Below are positions 20,480 through 28,676 of a stretch of DNA of 45,398 bases, piece by piece. Origin of the DNA: a virus (taxonomy: Duplodnaviria; Caudoviricetes); IMG/VR virus record IMGVR_UViG_3300044266_000189, positions 1 through 45,398 of that record; one strand, 5' to 3'. The translations under genes were made by a program, and so were the position numbers. How positions within the stretch are numbered: the stretch's first letter is position 1; the number at the start of each line of letters is the position of its first letter. The notes beneath the pieces are model-generated. The model saw nothing but the letters and a program-made list of their open reading frames with translations, searched no databases and was not told the DNA's origin.

Positions 20480-21036
20480 TGCGTACACCTGATGGTAAAA
20501 GTACTGTAAGTGAACCGCCAAAGGAATGGTTAGATGAGTATTACGCTACCAATTTCCAATCAATGGCTAACACAGTTTGGACACTATCACAAATTCCTCA
20601 AGAGGAAAAAATTAAAAATCTAACCAAGTCATCACGATTGGTTAGGGAAGCACCGTACCATCCTGGTTATGAAGATGCTTCTGTAAGTGATATTGTTAAA
20701 GCATCACAATCGGCCACTACAGGTGGTCGTAAGTTTGATGGCGGTAAATTGCAGTATGGTTTAGTACCACCAAACGCACTTAAAGCAACAGTAGAGATTT
20801 TAACTTTTGGTGCAGAGAAGTATGAACCTGATAATTGGAAATATGTACCAGATGCTAAGCGTAGATACTTTGATGCCTTAAATCGGCACCTTTGGGCTTG
20901 GAAATCTGGTGAACAAAATGACCAAGAAACTGGTAAGAATCACTTGGCACACGCCTTGTGCTGCTTGATGTTTTTGTATGAACATGATACAATTGATTTT
21001 TTAGATAATGGAGAAGTAAATGAAACTTTCGAATGA
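20479..21036 (+). CDS. dATP/dGTP diphosphohydrolase-domain (DUF5664-like) protein
   Basis: GRKFDGGK..Y.LVP, FGAEKY..DNW, ALNRHL..W, D.ETG..HLAHA.CC. Confidence 0.8.
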   Translation: MRTPDGKSTVSEPPKEWLDEYYATNFQSMANTVWTLSQIPQEEKIKNLTKSSRLVREAPYHPGYEDASVSDIVKASQSATTGGRKFDGGKLQYGLVPPNALKATVEILTFGAEKYEPDNWKYVPDAKRRYFDALNRHLWAWKSGEQNDQETGKNHLAHALCCLMFLYEHDTIDFLDNGEVNETFE

Positions 21037-21694
21037 AACCTTAACCGTATTGAAAAACTTTGCTGGCATTAATCAAGGTTTGAAATTCAAAAAAGGTACC
21101 ACACTAACCACAATTTCTGGTAGTAAAAATGTTATGGCACAAGCTGAAGTCAAAGATAGTTTTGATGATGAGTTTTGTGTTGAAGATTTGAATGAATTCC
21201 TATCAGTACATTCTTTGTTCAAAGACAAAGCAGAATTGGTATTTGATGATAAGAATATTAACTTTCAAAATGGCCGTCAAAAGATTAAATATCGTAAGAC
21301 TGCTGAGAGTATGATTACTCTACCACCAGAAAAAACTTTGAATCTTCCTACTAAAGATGTTGAGTTTACTTTGACTGCTGAAGATTATGAGTGGATTTTA
21401 AAGACTTGTTCTGTGTTAAAGTCTCCTAACATTTCAATTGAATCTGATGGTACAACAGTACAGATTGTTACTTTTGACCAAGCAAACGATTCAGCACACA
21501 CCAACTCATTACAGATTGGTGAAGGTGATGGCCAAAAGTATAAGATTGTTTACAACACCGATAACTTTAAGATGATTCCTGGTACATATGCTGGCGTAAT
21601 CTCTTTCAAAGGTCTAACTCATTTCACCAATACTAAAGATAGTATTCAGTATTGGATTGCTAATGAGAAAAAAGGTACAGTAGTTCCTGCTTAA
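21020..21694 (+). CDS. gp45: Sliding clamp
   Basis: MKLSNETLTVLKNFAGIN, DLNEFL, YWIA.E. Confidence 0.93.
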   Translation: MKLSNETLTVLKNFAGINQGLKFKKGTTLTTISGSKNVMAQAEVKDSFDDEFCVEDLNEFLSVHSLFKDKAELVFDDKNINFQNGRQKIKYRKTAESMITLPPEKTLNLPTKDVEFTLTAEDYEWILKTCSVLKSPNISIESDGTTVQIVTFDQANDSAHTNSLQIGEGDGQKYKIVYNTDNFKMIPGTYAGVISFKGLTHFTNTKDSIQYWIANEKKGTVVPA

Positions 21695-22299
21695 TGGAAC
21701 CTTTAGTAATTGATGATTTCTTACCGGTAGAGTTTCAGGACTCTATCGTAAGATTACTTACTGGCCATGAATTTCCTTGGAATTTTTATCCTTATTCTGT
21801 AAGTGAAAAAGAATATCCTTTAGATGAACATTATCACATCGATGAACCATTTAAAGAACATATTCAATTTCGTCATGTATTTGCCTTAGAAGGTGAAATC
21901 AAAAGTCCTTTCTTCCAATATATTTCACCACTAGTAGGTGAGTATCAACAAAGATTAGGAGAACAAAATACATACTTACAAAGGGTCAAAGCCAATCTAT
22001 TGATGCCTCAATCAGGAACAACAACACAACAACCACACACAGATGGTATGCGTTTGATTGATGGACAATATAATAGTATTGGTAGAAAAACATTATTGTA
22101 CTATGTAAATGATTCAGATGGTGATACAATAATGTATGATAAGTATTTTCTAGGTCAACCTTTAGGCTTGGTAAAAGAATATAAACGTATTACTCCAAAG
22201 AAAGGTCGAGCAGTAATATTTGATTCAAATATGATTCATGGCGGTAGTTGTCCTACTACTTCTGATTATAGAATGGTAATAAATTGTGTTTTTAATTAA
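21694..22299 (+). CDS. 2OG-Fe(II) oxygenase
   Basis: PHTD...LYYVNDSDGDT...PKKGRAVIFD...H...R.VIN. Confidence 0.85.
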   Translation: MEPLVIDDFLPVEFQDSIVRLLTGHEFPWNFYPYSVSEKEYPLDEHYHIDEPFKEHIQFRHVFALEGEIKSPFFQYISPLVGEYQQRLGEQNTYLQRVKANLLMPQSGTTTQQPHTDGMRLIDGQYNSIGRKTLLYYVNDSDGDTIMYDKYFLGQPLGLVKEYKRITPKKGRAVIFDSNMIHGGSCPTTSDYRMVINCVFN

Positions 22300-22319
22300 T
22301 TATATTATGGGAGTATTGA

Positions 22320-23255
22320 ATGAGCGAACATTTATTATGGGTGGAGAAGTATAGGCCACAAAGAGTGGAAGACTGCATCTTGCCTGATGCAATCAAAGCC
22401 ACGTTTCAGGAGTATGTCAATAGAAAAGAAATACCGAACTTACTATTATCTGGTAGTGCCGGCGTTGGTAAAACTACAATCGCAAAAGCTCTCTGTGAAG
22501 AAGTTGGTTGTGACTATATGGTTATCAATGGCTCTGATGAGTCTGGTATTGATGTTCTTCGTACTAAAATTAAAAGCTACGCCTCATCAGTTTCTCTCAT
22601 GGGTGGAAGAAAGGTTATTATAATCGATGAAGCAGACTATCTCAATCCTAATTCAACTCAACCAGCGTTGCGTGGTGCAATTGAGGAGTTTTCTTCAAAC
22701 TGCTCGTTCATATTCACCTGTAATTATAAAAATCGTCTCATTGATCCAATCCACTCTCGTTGTTCTGTGGTCGATTTCAAAATCAACGGTGCTAAACAAG
22801 CAATGGCTGCACAATTCTTTAAGAGAGTTGAGTGGATTCTTGAACAAGAAGGTGTCAAGTATTCGAAAGATGTTGTCGCAGCAGTCATTACAAAGCATTT
22901 CCCGGACAATCGTAGGGTTCTTAACGAACTTCAGCGCTATGCCGTTTCTGGAACTATCGATGCTGGTATTCTTACCTCTGTTGCTGATATACAACTTAGC
23001 GAATTGGTCACATCGTTAAAAGATAAAGACTTTGCTTCCGTTCGAAAATGGGTAACGAAAAATCTTGACAATGATCCTGTTAAAATCTATCGTAAATTAT
23101 ACGAAACTCTTTATGAATCGTTGAAACCTCAATCAGTACCTCAACTGGTTCTTCATCTTGCCAAGTATCAATATCAAGCTGCATTTGTTCCTGACCATGA
23201 GTTGAACATGGTGGCTTGCCTCACCGAAATTATGGTAGATTGTGAGTTCAAGTGA
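22320..23255 (+). CDS. gp44: Clamp loader large subunit
   Basis: WVEKYRP, GSAGVGKTT, IIDEAD, HSRC. Confidence 0.97.
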   Translation: MSEHLLWVEKYRPQRVEDCILPDAIKATFQEYVNRKEIPNLLLSGSAGVGKTTIAKALCEEVGCDYMVINGSDESGIDVLRTKIKSYASSVSLMGGRKVIIIDEADYLNPNSTQPALRGAIEEFSSNCSFIFTCNYKNRLIDPIHSRCSVVDFKINGAKQAMAAQFFKRVEWILEQEGVKYSKDVVAAVITKHFPDNRRVLNELQRYAVSGTIDAGILTSVADIQLSELVTSLKDKDFASVRKWVTKNLDNDPVKIYRKLYETLYESLKPQSVPQLVLHLAKYQYQAAFVPDHELNMVACLTEIMVDCEFK

Positions 23256-23710
23256 TGACTAAAGAAGAACTCATGAATGAACTTGGTCTTGCCGGTGAAA
23301 AAATTGTAATTAATATGTTATCGGAAGAAGGTTGTAAAATCAAAACTTCCGTTGACAAATATGATTCCGAAAAAGATTTATTGGTAGATGGTCAATATAA
23401 AGTTGAAGTGAAAACACAGGTTCCATTTGTAATGCAAAATGCTTTTACATTTAAACCTAATCAACTTCGTAAATGCCGGTCTGTCGATGTTCTTTATTTT
23501 GTTTCCGTTCCTCCTCCTAGACACCAAGACAAATGGGCCGGATGGATTTTCAGAGCAGAACCAAAAAACTTTGTAACCAGAAATTACAAAACTAAAGATG
23601 GTCGTGATATGGTATTAATTGACCGTGAACAATCTGCTTTGATTCCAGTCAAGAAAATGACGGATGAAGAAGTAAAGGAACTTCAAAAATACACAGTTTC
23701 GGGGTATTAA
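23252..23710 (+). CDS. Hypothetical, PD-(D/E)XK nuclease-like
   Basis: G.AGE...D....D.....VEVKT pattern. Confidence 0.55.
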   Translation: MMTKEELMNELGLAGEKIVINMLSEEGCKIKTSVDKYDSEKDLLVDGQYKVEVKTQVPFVMQNAFTFKPNQLRKCRSVDVLYFVSVPPPRHQDKWAGWIFRAEPKNFVTRNYKTKDGRDMVLIDREQSALIPVKKMTDEEVKELQKYTVSGY

Positions 23711-23711
23711 T

Positions 23712-24101
23712 ATGCCGGATCTGTTTAAAGAGATTGTACCTTCCATTCTTCAAACCAAGAAGAATCCCTTTAGAGACGAACTAGACTATAAAGACTATGT
23801 GCCTTTTGTGGTCAATCGTGCCTTGTCGTACCACCAAGACTGTGTTCTATATGCCAACGAGATGAATATCAATCCGTCTTTGGATAAGGATATGCAGTAT
23901 TTGTTTTATCTAAATACAATAAGGTCAATGAAACGGAAATTTCAACCGTGGCAGAAATCATTGGCTGACAAAGATATAGAAGCCGTTAAGAGGTATTTTG
24001 GTTATTCTAATGAAAAAGCCAAAGAAGCTTTGCGTATTCTAAATGATGAACAAATCGCTGAAATAAGAACAAAAACAGAAAAAGGCGGAGTGACAAAGTA
24101 A
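23712..24101 (+). CDS. gp62: Clamp loader small subunit
   Basis: Y.PFVVNRALS, ANEMN, YFGYSNEKA.EAL.IL. Confidence 0.93.
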   Translation: MPDLFKEIVPSILQTKKNPFRDELDYKDYVPFVVNRALSYHQDCVLYANEMNINPSLDKDMQYLFYLNTIRSMKRKFQPWQKSLADKDIEAVKRYFGYSNEKAKEALRILNDEQIAEIRTKTEKGGVTK

Positions 24102-24508
24102 TGATTTCAATTATAGATTTAGTTGAAGTTACATTAGGTGAAAAAGATGATTTCTTGAAAGTTCGTGAAACTCTTACACGCATCGGTGTAGCTTCCAAAA
24201 AAGACAGAATATTATACCAATCTTGCCATATTTTACATAAGCAAGGCAAGTATTATATTGTGCATTTCAAAGAACTATTTGCTCTTGATGGTAAACCTTC
24301 CGATATTTCTGAAAACGATTTATCTCGCAGAAATGCTATCGCTAAGTTATTGCAAGACTGGGGTTTGGTTAAAGTAGTAAATCAAAAACAAATTGAAACC
24401 CCTGCACCAATATTTCTCTCTCAAATCAAAATTCTTTCACACAAAGAAAAAGATGATTGGGAATTAACACCAAAGTACAACATTGGAAAAAAGCCGTTGA
24501 GTTATTAA
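24101..24508 (+). CDS. regA: Translational repressor RegA
   Basis: DDFLKVRETLTRIGVAS, LYQSCHILHKQGKYYIVHFKELFALDG. Confidence 0.97.
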   Translation: MISIIDLVEVTLGEKDDFLKVRETLTRIGVASKKDRILYQSCHILHKQGKYYIVHFKELFALDGKPSDISENDLSRRNAIAKLLQDWGLVKVVNQKQIETPAPIFLSQIKILSHKEKDDWELTPKYNIGKKPLSY

Positions 24509-24526
24509 TTTATTGAAAGATTCGTT

Positions 24527-25108
24527 ATGACTAGAGAAACAAGTAAAGCAATTGAACGTAGAAGTACCGATAAACGTTTTGCTGAAAGATATATTATAGG
24601 TGATGTGATTGACATTGGAGCAGGTGATGACGGCGTTGGTGCACACAGAAATCTATTTCCAAATATCACAAGCGTAAGAGATTGGGACTTGCCTGACGGT
24701 GACGCTATGCTTATGGCTAGTGTACCAGATAATACCTACGATTGTGTGCATAGTAGCCATTGTTTGGAACATATGGTAGACGCAAATACCGCAATGTTTA
24801 ATTGGATACGGGTTGCCAAACCAGGTGGTTATATTGTAGTATTGGTTCCTGAAGAAGATTTATATGAACAAGGTGTCTGGCCAAGTACTTACAACGGAGA
24901 CCATAAACATACATTTACCATTACCAAATCCAGTAGTTGGAGTCCGGTAAGTATCAATGTGATAAATTTTCTTTACCAGTTTACCGAAAGAGTAGACATT
25001 CTTAAAATTGAATTGATAGACCATAACTTTGATTATAGTCTACCGAGAACAGACCAAACTTTAGGTCCTAGTGAATCGGCAATTGAATTCATTTTAAGAA
25101 AAAAGTAG
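24527..25108 (+). CDS. Class I SAM-dependent methyltransferase
   Basis: VIDIGAG, YDCVHSSHCLEH, RVAKPGG. Confidence 0.85.
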   Translation: MTRETSKAIERRSTDKRFAERYIIGDVIDIGAGDDGVGAHRNLFPNITSVRDWDLPDGDAMLMASVPDNTYDCVHSSHCLEHMVDANTAMFNWIRVAKPGGYIVVLVPEEDLYEQGVWPSTYNGDHKHTFTITKSSSWSPVSINVINFLYQFTERVDILKIELIDHNFDYSLPRTDQTLGPSESAIEFILRKK

Positions 25109-25122
25109 GATAAATATTAATA

Positions 25123-25216
25123 CTGGTTCAGAGGTACCAGCAAAAGAAACCTCCACTACGGACATGCCTTCGGGGTGTCCATTTTTGATAAACTCGCTTA
25201 ATATAAGGAGAACTAT
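25123..25216 (+). promoter_or_regulatory. Structured hsp20 5' leader: H-type pseudoknot, UUCG hairpin and ROSE-like anti-SD hairpin
   Basis: CTGGT/ACCAG crossed by GAGGT/ACCTC; GGACATGCC-TTCG-GGGTGTCC; CTCGCTT pairs with AAGGAG SD. Confidence 0.6.
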
Positions 25217-25654
25217 ATGTTCACAACTCTGCAATCCCTCAATAAAACTTTTGATCCATTCTCTATCGGCTTTGACCGTGTTTTGGATGACATCCGTGAA
25301 ATTACTGAAACGGCTGCCAAGAATGTTTCAAAGTATCCCCCATACAATATCAAAAAAGTAAATGACAAGAAGTGGGTCATTGAAATGGCAGTTGCTGGTT
25401 TTGCCAAGTCTGATATTGAATTGTCTTTGGATGGTAACAAACTTACCGTTAGTGGTGCTGCACAAGAAGATGATGCTGAACCATTTGAAGGTTATGCTTT
25501 CAAAGGTATCGCTAATCGTGATTTTTCACATACATTTAAAATTGCCGATAAAGTTGAAATTGGTAATGCCGAAATGGTAAATGGCATGTTAAAAATCTGG
25601 TTGGAATCTTTGTCACAAACCCAAGACAACATCAAGAAAATTGCCATCAAGTAA
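25217..25654 (+). CDS. hsp20: Small heat shock protein Hsp20 (IbpA-like)
   Basis: YPPYNI, IEMAVAGF, KGIANRDF, A.MVNGML.I. Confidence 0.95.
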   Translation: MFTTLQSLNKTFDPFSIGFDRVLDDIREITETAAKNVSKYPPYNIKKVNDKKWVIEMAVAGFAKSDIELSLDGNKLTVSGAAQEDDAEPFEGYAFKGIANRDFSHTFKIADKVEIGNAEMVNGMLKIWLESLSQTQDNIKKIAIK

Positions 25655-25665
25655 TTGGTATTAAT

Positions 25666-25705
25666 AAGGAGGTTGGTTGACAACCTCCTTTCTTTGTGAT
25701 ATAAT
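25666..25705 (+). promoter_or_regulatory. hsp20 terminator hairpin overlapping a sigma70 promoter
   Basis: AAGGAGGTTG-GTTGA-CAACCTCCTT-TCTTT; TTGACA (25677)-17-TATAAT (25700), ATG 6 nt downstream (probably leaderless). Confidence 0.75.
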
Positions 25706-25711
25706 TATACT

Positions 25712-25924
25712 ATGAAAAATCCTGATATGAATCCACAGGTAAAACCTGTACTCAAAAAAGTTCGTGCTAAGAATGGCACGGATATCTTCTACACCTATTC
25801 TAATTGGAATACACATGAAATTGACGGTGTAACTTTTCTTCCTGTAGTAAAAGAAGTACCCAACAATTATAAAAATCAAGTGATACATTACATGAGAAAA
25901 GATAATATGGAGTATGTGAAATGA
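25712..25924 (+). CDS. Hypothetical protein
   Basis: 70 aa ORF at predicted TSS; chained overlap with next ORF. Confidence 0.65.
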   Translation: MKNPDMNPQVKPVLKKVRAKNGTDIFYTYSNWNTHEIDGVTFLPVVKEVPNNYKNQVIHYMRKDNMEYVK

Positions 25925-26127
25925 GTAAATTGACTGAACATCAATTACTGACAAATCGTAAACGAATTTTTAATCCAAAAAATAAGAATGATGTTGAATT
26001 ATTAAAACAATTTTTAGTTAAAAATAGTTGGGGTTCTCCCTGCCCTTTTATTTTGGAAGAACCATATCTAACTATACCTGATATGATTAAAGATAAGTAT
26101 ATTAAACTAGCATTGGGGATTCGATGA
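25921..26127 (+). CDS. Hypothetical protein
   Basis: 68 aa ORF, SW...CPF.LE.PY..IP.M motif. Confidence 0.65.
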   Translation: MSKLTEHQLLTNRKRIFNPKNKNDVELLKQFLVKNSWGSPCPFILEEPYLTIPDMIKDKYIKLALGIR

Positions 26128-26297
26128 TTGATTGGTTAATGTATTCTGGTTGTAATATCACCTTGAAAATAAATCCATTTCATTGGAGATTGTCTTGCAA
26201 GTATAATCACAGTAACGATGTATGGGAACAAGATGCTTTAGTAATTGAATTGTTGCCTATTACTATTCGTATGTGGTTTGATAATGGTGAATGGTAA
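26124..26297 (+). CDS. Hypothetical 57 aa protein (not in ORF track)
   Basis: MIDWLMYSG...NPFHW...WFDNGEW*; ATGA and TAATG overlaps on both sides. Confidence 0.6.
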   Translation: MIDWLMYSGCNITLKINPFHWRLSCKYNHSNDVWEQDALVIELLPITIRMWFDNGEW

Positions 26298-26875
26298 TGA
26301 TACCTAGAAAACTAGTACCTCTCGATAGAATAAAACTCGTTGACCACTTTATGAATGATATTGTGGACAATGATAGACGTTTGCGTTTTGGTTATGAAGC
26401 ACCTGATACCGCTGTAAAAGAATATATTAAAAGTTCTATTGACTTTGATTATGGGTATGATAACATTTGGTTTGTGGTTGATGAAGGTGACAGAATTGTA
26501 GCAACTTGTCATGTGTCAATCAACCGTGAAACGAATACTGCTGAAATGGGTTGTACCGTTTCTCCAGATTATCGTAATCAAAAAGTTGGTCAAGAATTAT
26601 TTAATCGTGGTGTAACTTGGGCTAGAATGGCTGGTGCTGAACATGTGTTTATGCACTGCTTGTCTGAAAATAAAATCATTCAACATATTGCCAAAAAAGG
26701 TGGTATGACAGTAGTTACAATTGATCCAACAGAAAAAGAATCCACAATTCATGTGAAACAAAATCGATTTGAAGCAGGATTCAAAGACTATATTATGGAT
26801 ACAATTGCTGTTTATGATATGGCAGTAAGGCAACAATATTTCTTCACTAAGAAATTTCTAAAAGGATTTGTATAA
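26297..26875 (+). CDS. GNAT-family N-acetyltransferase
   Basis: AEMGCTVSPDYRNQKVGQELF motif A; CLSEN...IAKK.GM. Confidence 0.85.
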   Translation: MIPRKLVPLDRIKLVDHFMNDIVDNDRRLRFGYEAPDTAVKEYIKSSIDFDYGYDNIWFVVDEGDRIVATCHVSINRETNTAEMGCTVSPDYRNQKVGQELFNRGVTWARMAGAEHVFMHCLSENKIIQHIAKKGGMTVVTIDPTEKESTIHVKQNRFEAGFKDYIMDTIAVYDMAVRQQYFFTKKFLKGFV

Positions 26876-27237
26876 TGCAGTATTGGGGAAAACACTTAAT
26901 TATCGATGCCAAAGGATGTGATATTTCCAGAGCCACCGATCCAGAATATATCAAGCATTTTACCAAAGAACTGGTAAGACAGATTGAAATGGTAGCTTAT
27001 GGTGAACCCCAGGTGGTCCATTTTGCGGATGGAACTGATTTGGCAGGTTGGACAGTCATACAGTTAATTGAAACTTCCAACGTCACAGGACACTTCCTAG
27101 ACCATAATGGAGACCTTTACCTTGATGTGTTTAGTTGTAAAACCTTTGAGGAACAACGAGTTATAGATTGTTTAGAACATTTCTTTTCACCTGATGAAAT
27201 TAAATCTCAGGTATTGATAAGGGATGCTCGGTCATAA
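26875..27237 (+). CDS. speD: Pyruvoyl-dependent AdoMet decarboxylase-like proenzyme
   Basis: WGKHLIIDA..C, QLIETSN.T.HF, YLDVFSCK. Confidence 0.8.
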   Translation: MQYWGKHLIIDAKGCDISRATDPEYIKHFTKELVRQIEMVAYGEPQVVHFADGTDLAGWTVIQLIETSNVTGHFLDHNGDLYLDVFSCKTFEEQRVIDCLEHFFSPDEIKSQVLIRDARS

Positions 27238-27302
27238 ATAAGCGTAAGTGAGCAGGTACAGAGCGATACAATTATTGGGTCAATTTACTAAGGAGAGACC
27301 TA

Positions 27303-27806
27303 ATGAAGTTAAGTATAGTTGGTTGTCCCGATAAAAAACGCTTTAGACCCTTTGTTAAACGGGCTGCTCTTTTCTACGCAGAACAATTGCTAACTCCAAG
27401 AACACTAGAGAATTTTACTTTAAGAATAAAGTTTAATTCAAAGTTGGATGCTTATGGATATGCCTCAGCAACAGAATTTTCACCAAGTAATAAACCAAGA
27501 CAGTTTGAAATAGAATTACATCCTGGCATTGGTGCTTCTGATATATTGAAAACATTGGCACATGAAATGGTTCATGTAAAACAATATATCAAAGGTGATG
27601 TTAATATGAAACTTACTCGTTGGAAAGGCATGAGAGTTGATGATGTGGATTACTGGACTCAGCCTTGGGAAATAGAAGCACACGGATATGAATCCGGTCT
27701 ATTTACTAAATTTGCTGTTAAAGAAAAACTTTGGGAAGTATTTAAAGGTGTACAGAATCCGGATTCACCTATTGATTCTGAGCCACTTGGCTGGATTCAA
27801 ACATAG
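27303..27806 (+). CDS. Zn metallopeptidase-like protein
   Basis: TLAHEMVHVKQY (HExxH) and PWEIEA. Confidence 0.75.
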   Translation: MKLSIVGCPDKKRFRPFVKRAALFYAEQLLTPRTLENFTLRIKFNSKLDAYGYASATEFSPSNKPRQFEIELHPGIGASDILKTLAHEMVHVKQYIKGDVNMKLTRWKGMRVDDVDYWTQPWEIEAHGYESGLFTKFAVKEKLWEVFKGVQNPDSPIDSEPLGWIQT

Positions 27807-28380
27807 CATTTACTAGCATTTCAAACTGTTCATCACCATATTGATAATCTTCTAGTATCTCTAGCATTTTATCACATACCTCTAAAACTCGATTATGATT
27901 TTTGATATTTTCTTCTCGTTGTTTGATTTGGGTGGCAATAAAAGCTTTTAGTATATTCTCACCCTCTTTTTTCTTTTTGGTTTTGGCCAAGAATTTTTCT
28001 AGTTTGTTTATGGAATTAATGCAAATTGAAATCTGTTCCCTCAAATAGTTTTTCTCTCTTTCAATATCCATTTTCATAGATACGACCAAGTTACCCAATT
28101 CAGGATCAATTTGTTCCATGAAGATGTTAATTATTCTTGCAAGATTATTCATGGCTTCATCACGAAGATTTGGATTCATTTCATATTTTCCTGTTGTATC
28201 AAAATGTTTTCTACGGACAGGATCACTTAATATGGAATATGCTAGATTGATTTGTTTGAATTTTTCTTCATCACCATCAACTCTATCTGGATGGTATCGT
28301 TGAGCCAGTATACGAAACTTCTTTTTGATTTCATCATCTGTGGCTTGTGGAGGAACTTCTAGTATGGTATATGGATTCAT
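27769..28380 (-). CDS. J-domain (DnaJ-like) protein
   Basis: NPY.ILEV...IKKKFR.LA..YHPD...F..I..AY.ILSDP..R..D. Confidence 0.9.
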   Translation of the reverse strand: MNPYTILEVPPQATDDEIKKKFRILAQRYHPDRVDGDEEKFKQINLAYSILSDPVRRKHFDTTGKYEMNPNLRDEAMNNLARIINIFMEQIDPELGNLVVSMKMDIEREKNYLREQISICINSINKLEKFLAKTKKKKEGENILKAFIATQIKQREENIKNHNRVLEVCDKMLEILEDYQYGDEQFEMLVNAMFESSQVAQNQ

Positions 28381-28417
28381 GCTAATATATAGGATGAAAA
28401 AAATACCAAAAAAGTTA

Positions 28418-28446
28418 TTGACATACAGAAAAAGTGCCTATATAAT
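28418..28446 (+). promoter_or_regulatory. sigma70 promoter of leader peptide/tRNA operon
   Basis: TTGACA-17 nt-TATAAT perfect consensus; predicted TSS at or near A of ATG 28453. Confidence 0.9.
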
Positions 28447-28452
28447 AGAACA

Positions 28453-28530
28453 ATGAAAAACATATTTACGAACTCCTCAACACATTATACACCAGGGAAT
28501 AGTCCATGGTGTGAAGGGGTTCGTCTGTAA
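28453..28530 (+). CDS. Putative leaderless attenuator leader peptide MKNIFTNSSTHYTPGNSPWCEGVRL
   Basis: 25-codon ORF at predicted TSS overlapping alternative hairpins; codons match downstream tRNAs. Confidence 0.7.
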   Translation: MKNIFTNSSTHYTPGNSPWCEGVRL

Positions 28531-28590
28531 ATTTTTTAGTAGTACCAGATTTATACGAACCCAAGTCTAACAACTTGGGTTTTTTGTTTT
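28468..28590 (+). terminator. Attenuator: protector 1:2, antiterminator 2:3, intrinsic terminator 3:4
   Basis: 1=ACGAACTCCT (28468-77); 2=AGGGGTTCGT-CT-GTAAATTT (28515-34); 3=AGATTTATACGAACCC (28547-62); terminator AACCCAAGT-CTAACA-ACTTGGGTT-TTTTGTTTT (28558-90). Confidence 0.8.
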
Positions 28591-28594
28591 CCGT

Positions 28595-28668
28595 TTCTCG
28601 TTGGTGTAATGGTAGCACAAGGCACTCCAAACGCCTTGGCGGGAGTTCGATTCTCTCACGGGATGCCA
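28595..28668 (+). tRNA. tRNA-Trp(CCA)
   Basis: Cloverleaf, loop CT-CCA-AA, TTCGATT, G73, encoded CCA; U1-U72 and A31-C39 mismatches. Confidence 0.85.
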
Positions 28669-28676
28669 GTTTTATT

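Noticed and set aside
28453-28590. T-box riboswitch explanation for the tRNA leader
   Set aside because: No UGGNACC T-box bulge in the antiterminator and too short for stem I; a leader-peptide model fits better.
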